Assembly (NCBI GenBank): GCA_009783675.1
Contig: WRDA01000002.1
Span: 1 to 34,868, forward strand
Origin: Symbiobacteriaceae bacterium
Lineage (GTDB): Bacteria; Bacillota; JAAYKD01; WRDA01
DNA length: 34,868 nucleotides
Reading direction: 5' to 3'
Part shown: one piece after another, positions 26,694 to 34,378 of the stretch
How positions within the stretch are numbered: position 1 is the first letter of the stretch
Layout: each line of letters opens with the position of its first letter
Notes under the pieces: generated by a model
Told to the model about the DNA's origin: nothing
The model's database searches: none
Seen by the model: only the letters and a program-made list of their open reading frames with translations
Program-made: the position numbers and the translations under genes

Positions 26694-27827
26694 ATGCAGG
26701 AAGAGAGACTGGTTGTGATAGAACTGGTTGAGTGTAACTCTATCGCAGCAGCAGACGGACGTAAGATACTGGAGCTTCTCAGTGAGGAGAACAATGCTCT
26801 GACAGATCCGCAGTTGAAGAAGCTCAGGATGCATACTCTGCAATGGTTAAGCAGCAGAGAGATTACCTCGGCACAGACTTTGGCACTGATTTCAATTTTT
26901 CACAAAGTGGTTGGAATTATGCCGGGAGGTGAACTGAGCGTTAAAGCACTCGCAGAGATCTCTGTGTTAATGCAGATGAAGGATGCCAGATCTATCGAAT
27001 CAAGAGTTCTGGTTATACTGGCTGAAAAAATCCTTCATCAGAATCAACAGGATCCAACAGGAGTAAAACATGCCGAGCGAATCGGGATTCTAAACATGGC
27101 TCAGACTTTGAAGATCACATGCACAACTGCAATGGAACTACTTGATGCCTTGATGAACCCACAGGACATGCCAGCAGATCAGATAACTGTTAAAGAGCGG
27201 GGTCGCTCCACGTCCCGGGCTGTTGAGTCGGATAGTCAAATCAGGCATCGTATAACTCAGGAAATGCATCGTTTCAGACCCGAAGCTCTACTAAGGAAAG
27301 ACAGAGAGAATACCAGCTCTTTTCTTCAACAGGGAGACCTTCGTCAGAGCATACGCAGTGAAGTCGATCATGCGTTGCAAACAGGCCGCATATCCCAAGC
27401 GAGGAACTCGACTACAGTACCTCTGCAAAGATCAGAGGCCACCAAACCGCCAAACCTGGATCAATCAAGATTAAGCATTCTAGCTGACCAACTCCACGAC
27501 GCTCTCCGACAACTGGAGATACGTTGTCAGGCTTTGGAGCAGGAATGGGCTTCAATAAACCGCACCCCATTAAAGGGTTCCACTGATGCTGTGCTGCATC
27601 GGATCAGATCTCAGCTGGCTACTGCTCGTACACAAATGGCTGCCGTTATTGAAAGTAGATCGTTGCTGGAACAGCATCTTACTATGGAACGCCCTGATGA
27701 AGCCCGCTACTTCAACGAGCTGATTAGCTATGCTGTGAGTTCTTTAAACAAGAGTGATCAACAACTGCGAAACCTCGAGTTGGGCGTAATTGAATTAGAA
27801 TCGATCCAAAAACCAGAGATCATATAA
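26694..27827 (+). CDS. hypothetical protein, predicted soluble and helical with a coiled-coil-like C-terminal third
   Basis: A 377-aa ORF with a strong SD and promoter. It has no transmembrane segment, no nucleotide-binding or catalytic motif, and no family I recognise. Confidence 0.65.
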   Translation: MQEERLVVIELVECNSIAAADGRKILELLSEENNALTDPQLKKLRMHTLQWLSSREITSAQTLALISIFHKVVGIMPGGELSVKALAEISVLMQMKDARSIESRVLVILAEKILHQNQQDPTGVKHAERIGILNMAQTLKITCTTAMELLDALMNPQDMPADQITVKERGRSTSRAVESDSQIRHRITQEMHRFRPEALLRKDRENTSSFLQQGDLRQSIRSEVDHALQTGRISQARNSTTVPLQRSEATKPPNLDQSRLSILADQLHDALRQLEIRCQALEQEWASINRTPLKGSTDAVLHRIRSQLATARTQMAAVIESRSLLEQHLTMERPDEARYFNELISYAVSSLNKSDQQLRNLELGVIELESIQKPEII

Positions 27828-27897
27828 CCAGGTCTCAGACATATCACTGCAATGCGATCCAGTGATGAAAGATACATGCGAAACGAGGAGGATTATT

Positions 27898-29289
27898 ATG
27901 TCAGAAAAAAATGAAAAGCTGCTGATCCTGGAGATGCTCAAGGAAGGCAAGATTAGTGTAGAGGAAGCACAGCGTCTGCTCGAGGCAGTAAGCGCTCCCT
28001 CTCCGGTTCGCCCAGCGGCCGCATTAACTCCGGACAAAGATGATATTGATGATGCAGAAGCCGATAATGATCAGACCCTGTTCGGTGATACTACCTTTAG
28101 TAATGAGCGAGAATTTAAAGACGCCTTGAGGCAGACCGCTAAGGAAGCTTCTCGCGTAGCCAGAGAAGCAGCCAGGCAAGTTCGTCACGAAATGCGGGAA
28201 GCAGAGAAGCAGCTGCGAGAAGAGTTGAGAGAGGCAGCTCGTTCGGCCAAGGTCGAAGCCAGAGAAGCACAGCAAGAGGCTCGAGAGGCTCAACGAGAAG
28301 CCAAGAGAGAAGGAGAACGTTTACGTGCTGAAGCGGACAGGCTCTCCGCCAAACTGAGAGCCGCTGCAGCTGAGACTGCTGAAGAAGCTACTCGTGAAGG
28401 TGGTTACCTCGATGGATTGTTCTCTTTCTTCGAGCGCAGTCCAGGGTTCGATATATTTGGTAGTAGCTTCCGTACCGAGATGGTCCAGGAAGGCAACTTT
28501 TCCTCAGAGTACAAGGTGGATATGCCACGGGATACCTATCTTCCCGCTCCCAGGCAGATACGAATCAATGTGCATACAGCCAACGGGCGTATTATCATCA
28601 GAGGCTGGAACGAAGATTATTTTCGCATGACAATTAATGCAACTGTCAAGGCTAGTAGCGCTGATGAGGCCAAAGGAAAACTCGATAATATGCTTATCTG
28701 TTCCCAGTCCCCTGAAATGCTGTTTGTAGACGGTCGTGCCTTCGTTGGTAACCACAATGGCATTTCGGTGGAGATTTGGCTACCGCGTTGTTATCAGTAT
28801 GAGATGGATCTCAAGGGATCCAACGGGAGGGTTTTACTTGAAGACCTGTATGCTCAGGGATTAGAAGTCAGCACCTCCAACGGTCGCTTAGAGCTAAGTG
28901 ATATCGTAGCTAAAGTAGCAAGGCTAAACAGCTCCAATGGCAGCATAATCTGCGATACGGACATTGAACTGTTAGCTGCCCATAGCTCCAATGGCAGCGT
29001 ACGGGTTACAACCAGCAGACAGGAGACCAACTCCTTTGATATTACGACATCTAATGGCAATATTAGTGTCGGAGTGCGAGATTGCAGCAGCCTGGCTCAT
29101 GATTTCGATCTCAAGACCTCAGGGAAGATTCATGTCGACCTTCCTGGTGCCATTGGTGGACTAAAAGTCGACAAAACAACCAGAATGCAAAGCACTACCA
29201 ACGGATTCGAAGGATATGGGAAGAGAGTGCGAATTTCAGCCAGGACAAGTAATGGTTCTATTCGCATTACCGAAACCAAAGATGAGTAA
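27898..29289 (+). CDS. LiaX/YvlB-like protein with a DUF4097 beta-repeat domain
   Basis: The N-terminal motif LLILEMLKEGKISVEEAQRLLEAV matches the YvlB/LiaX N-terminal helix. An E/R/A-rich segment follows. The C-terminal half has repeated (S/T)SNG(R/S/N) strands (GSNGRVLLED, TSNGRLELSD, SSNGSIICDT, SSNGSVRVTT, TSNGNISVGV, TSNGSIRITE). ATG 27898 follows a GAGGAGG SD; the ORF-track start at 27862 is an extension. Confidence 0.7.
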   Translation: MSEKNEKLLILEMLKEGKISVEEAQRLLEAVSAPSPVRPAAALTPDKDDIDDAEADNDQTLFGDTTFSNEREFKDALRQTAKEASRVAREAARQVRHEMREAEKQLREELREAARSAKVEAREAQQEAREAQREAKREGERLRAEADRLSAKLRAAAAETAEEATREGGYLDGLFSFFERSPGFDIFGSSFRTEMVQEGNFSSEYKVDMPRDTYLPAPRQIRINVHTANGRIIIRGWNEDYFRMTINATVKASSADEAKGKLDNMLICSQSPEMLFVDGRAFVGNHNGISVEIWLPRCYQYEMDLKGSNGRVLLEDLYAQGLEVSTSNGRLELSDIVAKVARLNSSNGSIICDTDIELLAAHSSNGSVRVTTSRQETNSFDITTSNGNISVGVRDCSSLAHDFDLKTSGKIHVDLPGAIGGLKVDKTTRMQSTTNGFEGYGKRVRISARTSNGSIRITETKDE

Positions 29290-29313
29290 TCCTGAGATCA
29301 ATGCAGCGGGAGG

Positions 29314-29658
29314 ATGATGAAAATGTCTTCTGTCTTAGTAAGTATTCTGATTATGATGGCTCTACCATACATCCTGCCAGGGATAACCGTGATTAGCCTT
29401 GGATCTGCAGTTGCAGCAGCGATTATTCTAGGTATCGCTAACGCGGTGGTGCGCCCGATACTCCAGTTCCTATCCATACCGTTGACTTTACTAACCTTCG
29501 GCCTTTTTTACTTCGTAGTGAATGGTGCAATGGTTATGCTGACCTCTGGCTTGGTCCCGGGATTCTACGTGAACGGTTGGTGGACAGCAATCATCGCGGC
29601 TGCTATTATTTCAGCTGCAAACAGCTTTTTTCTGAAAAAGCAAAGATATACTTTTTAA
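29314..29658 (+). CDS. DUF360 / phage-holin-4_2 family small membrane protein (YvlD/LiaZ-like)
   Basis: 114 aa with four hydrophobic segments. The pattern GIANAVVRPILQFLSIPLTLLTFGLFYFVVNGAMVMLTSGLVPGFYVNGWW is typical of the YvlD family. The start could be 29314, 29317 or 29323. Confidence 0.7.
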   Translation: MMKMSSVLVSILIMMALPYILPGITVISLGSAVAAAIILGIANAVVRPILQFLSIPLTLLTFGLFYFVVNGAMVMLTSGLVPGFYVNGWWTAIIAAAIISAANSFFLKKQRYTF

Positions 29659-29673
29659 AGACAAGTAGCACCA

Positions 29674-29716
29674 GGACCCCTCCGGCTGCATTGTAGAGAT
29701 GGAGGGGTCTGTTTTG
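29674..29716 (+). terminator. Rho-independent terminator
   Basis: gacccctcc (29675-29683) pairs with ggaggggtc (29701-29709), followed by tgttttg. Confidence 0.7.
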
Positions 29717-29743
29717 ATGAATTAGCAGAAGATGCAGATATAA

Positions 29744-29785
29744 GCACGAAGTGGCAGAAATAATCTGCCACTTCGTGCGATTTTA
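29744..29785. terminator. 15-bp perfect hairpin; second terminator, possibly serving the minus-strand tRNA operon
   Basis: gcacgaagtggcaga (29744-29758) pairs with tctgccacttcgtgc (29764-29778) around a 5-nt loop, followed by gatttta on the plus strand. It lies 45 nt past the 3' end of tRNA-Trp on the minus strand. Confidence 0.6.
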
Positions 29786-29822
29786 TAATAGATATTAAAG
29801 GTTCATAAATAAAGAGTCTGTT

Positions 29823-29896
29823 TGGCAGGGGTGGAGAGATTCGAACTCCCGTACCTGGTTTTGGAGACCAGAGTCCTGCCGCTGGACGACACCCCT
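29823..29896 (-). tRNA. trnW: tRNA-Trp (anticodon CCA)
   Basis: The reverse complement AGGGGTGTCGTCCAGCGGCAGGACTCTGGTCTCCAAAACCAGGTACGGGAGTTCGAATCTCTCCACCCCTGCCA folds as a cloverleaf. The anticodon loop is CTCCAAA, the T-loop is TTCGAAT, the discriminator is G and the CCA end is encoded. Confidence 0.95.
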
Positions 29897-29907
29897 GTAT
29901 AGATCAA

Positions 29908-29984
29908 TGGTCGGGGCGAGAGGATTTGAACCTCCGGCCTTTTGGTCCCGAACCAAACGCGCTACCAAACTGCGCTACGCCCCG
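29908..29984 (-). tRNA. trnP: tRNA-Pro (anticodon CGG)
   Basis: The reverse complement CGGGGCGTAGCGCAGTTTGGTAGCGCGTTTGGTTCGGGACCAAAAGGCCGGAGGTTCAAATCCTCTCGCCCCGACCA folds as a cloverleaf. The anticodon loop is TTCGGGA and the CCA end is encoded. Confidence 0.95.
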
Positions 29985-30001
29985 CTGGTACGGCGAAAAG
30001 G

Positions 30002-30030
30002 ATTATATCACAGCTATAAGGGTATTGCAA
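30002..30030 (-). promoter_or_regulatory. sigma-70-type promoter for the tRNA-Pro/tRNA-Trp operon
   Basis: The minus strand reads TTGCAA (30030..30025), a 17-nt spacer, then TATAAT (30007..30002). The -10 box ends 18 nt upstream of the tRNA-Pro 5' end. Confidence 0.6.
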
Positions 30031-30166
30031 GATACCATTTTTGCTTGACTGATACCATCAAATATCGTAAATGGGTCTGGTGAGCGTAGGTAAATAGTGG
30101 TATACTGCCCATATGCTGCTCCAGGAATATGATGCAGCAGTTCAGGAAGAGATAGGAGGAAACCAT

Positions 30167-30733
30167 TTGTCGAAGGTTAATTGGAAATTATTAAAAGATA
30201 TCTTTATATCCACCGCCAAGATAGGAACTGTCGCATTCGGAGGTGGATATGGCATGATCCCTCTGATGGAGGAGGAGTTTGTCTCCCGACGAGGCTGGGT
30301 GGATTCAAGGGATATTTTGGATATTTTCGCTATAGCTCAGTCGGTACCCGGTGTAATCGCTCTCAACACCAGCACATTCATCGGTTACCGTCTGGCGGGT
30401 CTGCCAGGAGCAATCCTAGCTTGTGTTGGAGTCTCGACCCCTCAGTTTTTTATTATATCTTCGTTATCTATACTCTACCTGCAGTTTCAGGACAATCCCC
30501 AGGTGAATGCGGCCTTCACGGGGATCAGCGCTTGTGTAGTAGCCCTAATTTTAACTGCAGTGCTTAAAATGGGGGAGTCTGCTGTCAAGGATGCCTTTGG
30601 CTGGGTAGTCGCTGTCTTAGGCTTTACTGCCATTGTCTTTGCGGGTATAAGCGCCGTATGGTGCATATTGGTTGCCGGACTGATTGGCTGGTCCTGGTCG
30701 ATGGTAAAAACGGTGCAAAGGAGGCAGGAATAA
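30167..30733 (+). CDS. chromate transporter (CHR family) half-size subunit
   Basis: Motif FISTAKIGTVAFGGGYGMIPLMEEE plus multiple transmembrane segments. TTG 30167 lies 6 nt after an AGGAGGA SD; the ORF-track ATG at 30113 is an alternative start. Confidence 0.78.
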   Translation: MSKVNWKLLKDIFISTAKIGTVAFGGGYGMIPLMEEEFVSRRGWVDSRDILDIFAIAQSVPGVIALNTSTFIGYRLAGLPGAILACVGVSTPQFFIISSLSILYLQFQDNPQVNAAFTGISACVVALILTAVLKMGESAVKDAFGWVVAVLGFTAIVFAGISAVWCILVAGLIGWSWSMVKTVQRRQE

Positions 30734-31288
30734 ATGCAGGTGTATCTGGATCTTTTCCTAAGCTTTTTCACCATCGGAGCGGTATCGGTTGGTGGAGGAT
30801 ATGCCATGACTCAACAGATACTCGATGCTTGTCTCACTTATGGTTGGACAGATCTAGCCAGCTTCAACGCAGGTGTAGCTTTAGCCAACATGTCTCCTGG
30901 TCCATTCGGAGTCAACATGGCGACCTTTCTGGGCATGAAGGCAGCAGGACCCAGCGGTGCTTTAGTGGCAACTTTCGGCATGATCTGTCCCTCTGTAATT
31001 ATCGTGACTGCCATCGCCAGATTCTTCTATGGCTTCCAGGATAATCGCCATGTTCAGGGTGTTCTCGCTGGTATCCGACCAGTAGTTATTGGCTTGATTG
31101 CCTCTGCTGTCTATACACTGGGAAAGGCTCCAATGACCACGACGGCGGCTACACGTATCGGGGTACCAGGCAACTTCGTTGCCATCGCTATCGCACTAGT
31201 CATGGTAGTAGCTATTCGCAAATATAAAATCAATCCAATTTTATGCATCCTGGCCAGCGCAGTATCAGGTTTGATTCTCTATATATGA
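30734..31288 (+). CDS. chromate transporter (CHR family) half-size subunit, second of the pair
   Basis: Motif FFTIGAVSVGGGYAMTQQI plus transmembrane segments. The ATG immediately abuts the previous stop (taaATG), the arrangement typical of split ChrA pairs. Confidence 0.78.
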   Translation: MQVYLDLFLSFFTIGAVSVGGGYAMTQQILDACLTYGWTDLASFNAGVALANMSPGPFGVNMATFLGMKAAGPSGALVATFGMICPSVIIVTAIARFFYGFQDNRHVQGVLAGIRPVVIGLIASAVYTLGKAPMTTTAATRIGVPGNFVAIAIALVMVVAIRKYKINPILCILASAVSGLILYI

Positions 31289-32164
31289 AATACAATCGAT
31301 TTTCCGGATTAACTCCCGTAACTCGGTAGCGCTGAACCGATACTGTTCCCGGCAAAAATTACAAGTAACTTCCGCACCTTCTTGCTCAGCTAGCAAGGAG
31401 TTAAGTTCTGAGCTACCAAGACTTCCCAGAGTCCAGATTGTGCGTTCTCTGCTGCAGCGACAGGTAAAATGTGCTTCCCGTCTTTCTAATACAGTTACAT
31501 CCCATTCTCCGACAAGAATCTGAAGTATTTCAGCAGGATTATATGGTTTCATGAGTAATTCGGTAACTCCAGGCAGGTTTTGCAAGCGATGTTCCAGGTA
31601 GGGAATACTCTCTTCATCACTACCTGGCATCAGTTGTATGAGATAGCCTCCGGCAGCAGCTACAGTATAATCGGTATTGACCAGAACTCCCAAGGATACT
31701 GCCGTAGGGATTTGCTCCGATTCCTGAAAGTAGAGGCAGAAATCCTCGGCGATCTCTCCCGAAAGCAGGGGAGCTTGTCCGATGAAGGGTTCTCCCAAAC
31801 CGAGATCTTTCGATACATAAAGCATCCCTTTGCCTACCGCGGATGCCACATCGAGCTTTCCCAGCTTGTTTACAGGCAGGAAGAGGTCCGGTTTTTCGAC
31901 GTACCCACGTACATGCCCACAATGATCTACATCGGCCACAATGGCTCCCAGGGGGCCATCTCCCAGGAGCCTCAGAGTTAACCGCTGCTCATCGTTGAGA
32001 GATGCGCTCATCAGGGCTGCCATGGTTAGGGTGCGACCCAAAGCTGCTGTAGCTACCGGCCAAGAGTCGTGGCGTCGCTGAGCTTCATCTACGATATTGC
32101 GAGAATCTATTGCTAAGAGTCGAATCGTATTATTCCTGGTAGTAGCGATTACCATTTCTCCCAT
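31265..32164 (-). CDS. hslO: redox-regulated chaperone Hsp33
   Basis: 299 aa. The N-terminus TIRLLAIDSRNIVDEAQRRHD fits Hsp33, and the C-terminal zinc-switch cysteines CRCSRE...CNFCREQY (CxC...CxxC) are present. An AAGGAGGT SD lies upstream. Confidence 0.9.
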   Translation of the reverse strand: MGEMVIATTRNNTIRLLAIDSRNIVDEAQRRHDSWPVATAALGRTLTMAALMSASLNDEQRLTLRLLGDGPLGAIVADVDHCGHVRGYVEKPDLFLPVNKLGKLDVASAVGKGMLYVSKDLGLGEPFIGQAPLLSGEIAEDFCLYFQESEQIPTAVSLGVLVNTDYTVAAAGGYLIQLMPGSDEESIPYLEHRLQNLPGVTELLMKPYNPAEILQILVGEWDVTVLERREAHFTCRCSRERTIWTLGSLGSSELNSLLAEQEGAEVTCNFCREQYRFSATELRELIRKIDCISYIENQT

Positions 32165-32205
32165 AAACCTGCTAACCTCCTTGTACGCTGATCTGCTCTA
32201 CGTGG

Positions 32206-32236
32206 GAGGATTCCCTCTTCATTACGGGGAATCCTC
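32206..32236. other. 10-bp hairpin in the hslO-hutU divergent intergenic region
   Basis: gaggattccc (32206-32215) pairs with gggaatcctc (32227-32236) around an 11-nt loop. Its function is unknown. Confidence 0.3.
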
Positions 32237-32259
32237 TATATTACCTGATCTACTGATTT

Positions 32260-32282
32260 AACCTATTCTTTATAAATAGGTT
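32260..32282. promoter_or_regulatory. inverted repeat AACCTATT-N7-AATAGGTT, candidate operator upstream of hutU
   Basis: Perfect 8-bp arms at 32260-32267 and 32275-32282, 35 nt upstream of the hutU ATG, spanning an AT-rich -10-like TATAAA. Confidence 0.3.
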
Positions 32283-32317
32283 AGACATTTAAACACAAGG
32301 GAACAAGGAGGAAACTG

Positions 32318-34366
32318 ATGCCAGTCGATTGTACTATACGCCTGAGTGCATCCGATATCCCCGATAAGACTCCAGACCTGGACCCCTCTTTCCGGCGTGC
32401 ACCCCGCCGTAGTTCCAGGTTATCGAAGAGTGATATTCGTTTAGCGCTGAAGAATGCTTTACGGTATATTCCAGAGGAGTTCCACCAGGAACTGGCTCCG
32501 GAGTTCCTGACTGAACTACTGAACACCGGGCGGATATATGGCTATCGCTTCCGCCCACAAGGCCGACTGTACGGAAAGCCAATCTGGGAGTACCCGGGAA
32601 GATGCATCGAGGGAAAGGCTTTTCAGGTCATGATAGACAACAATCTGGATTTCGCTACGGCTCTTTACCCTTATGAGTTGGTCACTTACGGTGAAACCGG
32701 ACAAGTATGTCAGAACTGGATGCAGTATCGTTTACTTAAGAAATACCTTGCCGAACTGACTTCGGAGACGACTTTAGTCGTGGAGTCAGGGCACCCACTT
32801 GGACTATTTACTTCACACAGCATGGCTCCCAGAGTAATTATAACTAACGGTCTCCTGGTCGGTCTTGCTGATGATTTAGAGAGTTTTAAAAGGCTGGCAG
32901 CTCTGGGAGTGACCAACTATGGCCAGATGACCGCTGGTGGCTGGATGTATATCGGGCCTCAGGGGATCGTCCACGGAACCTATAATACAGTGCTCAACGC
33001 CTCACGACGCTTAGTGCCTGGCGCAGAAGACATGTCGGGACTCCTCTTCGTGTCCTCTGGTTTGGGGGGAATGTCCGGTGCTCAGGGCAAAGCAGGTAAG
33101 ATTGCTGGTGGAGTAGCACTGGTCGCTGAAGTGGATCCCAGCAGGGTCAGGACCAGACATGAACAAGGCTGGGTCGACGAAATTACCCTCAACCCGGCGG
33201 ATGCGTTTGATCTGGCTGCTAAGTATCAGAAAACCAGAGAAGCCACAGCTATTGCTTATCAGGGTAATATCGTTGATCTTTTAGAATATGCTTTAGATCA
33301 TGACTGTAAAATCGATCTCCTCTCAGATCAAACTTCCTGTCATGAAGTGTATGAAGGCGGTTACTGTCCGGCAGGTATGAGTTTCGAGGAACGCACAAAA
33401 ATGCTGACCGAAGATCCTCAGGGTTTTAGTCGTTTGGTCGATGCTGGTCTCCGGCGCCACTTTGAGGCTATTGAAGCTCTTTCGGCTAAAGGAACATATT
33501 TCTTTGATTACGGTAACAGTTTTCTCAAAGCAGTTTTCGATTCGGGTGTAACAGAGATAGCTAAGAATGGAGAAAACACCCTGGATGGTTTCATCTGGCC
33601 TTCTTATGTGGAAGATATTTTAGGTCCGGAACTCTTCGATTTCGGTTATGGTCCTTTCCGCTGGGTATGTCTTTCGGGTAATGCCGAAGATTTAGCGCGA
33701 ACAGATAAAGCGGCATTGTCGCTTATCGATCCCGAACGGCGCTATCAGGATCGGGATAATTGGGTCTGGATTCGTGATGCGCAGAAGAATGACCTGGTGG
33801 TCGGTACGCAAGCCAGAATTCTCTACCAAGATGCAGCAGGAAGAACGGCTATCGCTCTAAAGTTTAATGAGATGGTTCGCCTGGGAGAGATAGGGCCAGT
33901 CATGCTTGGACGCGACCATCATGATACAGGAGGTACTGACTCTCCTTTTCGAGAGACCTCGAACATCAAGGATGGTTCAAATCTGACCGCGGATATGGCT
34001 ATCCAATGCTTTGCCGGCAATGCAGCCCGAGGAATGTCTCTGGTAGCCCTGCATAATGGCGGTGGTGTTGGAGTAGGCAAAGCCATTAACGGTGGTTTCG
34101 GCATGGTTCTCGATGGCTCTGAGCGTGTAGATAGTATTTTAAGTATGGCTATGCCCTGGGATGTTATGGGCGGAGTTGCCAGACGAGCTTGGGCAGGCAA
34201 TGAGAACGCTTTGCAAACGGCAGAACTCTGGAATCAGCAGCATCATGACGATCCTGCCAGTCGCATTACCGTACCCTATCTGGCCTGTAATGATCTCCTC
34301 GATACGGTTATCCAACAGCAACAAGAAGAGATCAACAAGATGCTAAGCCGCTTAAACAAGGTATGA
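32318..34366 (+). CDS. hutU: urocanate hydratase, long (~680 aa) form
   Basis: 682 aa. Urocanase motifs include KNALRYIPEEFH, GRIYGYRFRP, TNYGQMTAGGWMYIGPQGIVHGT, GLGGMSGAQ, DQTSCHE and GRDHHDTGGTDSPFRETS. An AAGGAGGA SD lies upstream. Confidence 0.9.
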   Translation: MPVDCTIRLSASDIPDKTPDLDPSFRRAPRRSSRLSKSDIRLALKNALRYIPEEFHQELAPEFLTELLNTGRIYGYRFRPQGRLYGKPIWEYPGRCIEGKAFQVMIDNNLDFATALYPYELVTYGETGQVCQNWMQYRLLKKYLAELTSETTLVVESGHPLGLFTSHSMAPRVIITNGLLVGLADDLESFKRLAALGVTNYGQMTAGGWMYIGPQGIVHGTYNTVLNASRRLVPGAEDMSGLLFVSSGLGGMSGAQGKAGKIAGGVALVAEVDPSRVRTRHEQGWVDEITLNPADAFDLAAKYQKTREATAIAYQGNIVDLLEYALDHDCKIDLLSDQTSCHEVYEGGYCPAGMSFEERTKMLTEDPQGFSRLVDAGLRRHFEAIEALSAKGTYFFDYGNSFLKAVFDSGVTEIAKNGENTLDGFIWPSYVEDILGPELFDFGYGPFRWVCLSGNAEDLARTDKAALSLIDPERRYQDRDNWVWIRDAQKNDLVVGTQARILYQDAAGRTAIALKFNEMVRLGEIGPVMLGRDHHDTGGTDSPFRETSNIKDGSNLTADMAIQCFAGNAARGMSLVALHNGGGVGVGKAINGGFGMVLDGSERVDSILSMAMPWDVMGGVARRAWAGNENALQTAELWNQQHHDDPASRITVPYLACNDLLDTVIQQQQEEINKMLSRLNKV

Positions 34367-34378
34367 GGAGGGTTTAAT

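Noticed and set aside
28105-28404. A DNA tandem repeat within the LiaX-like gene.
   Set aside because: The repetition is compositional at the protein level (REA-rich). The nucleotide sequence shows no exact periodic unit, so it is low-complexity coding sequence rather than a tandem repeat or VNTR.
26529-29822. A genomic island or prophage remnant inserted next to the tRNA genes.
   Set aside because: There is no integrase, recombinase or phage gene, I could find no direct repeat of a tRNA 3' end, and base composition resembles the flanks. The holin-family label on the 114-aa gene reflects the DUF360/YvlD family, not a lysis cassette.
30181-31044. Alternative-frame ORFs of 128 aa each (30181-30567 and 30658-31044) inside the chromate-transporter genes.
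   Set aside because: The main frames carry the CHR-family GGG(Y)(A/G)M motifs and clear transmembrane segments. The alternative frames are Arg/Ser/Cys-rich and lack any SD.
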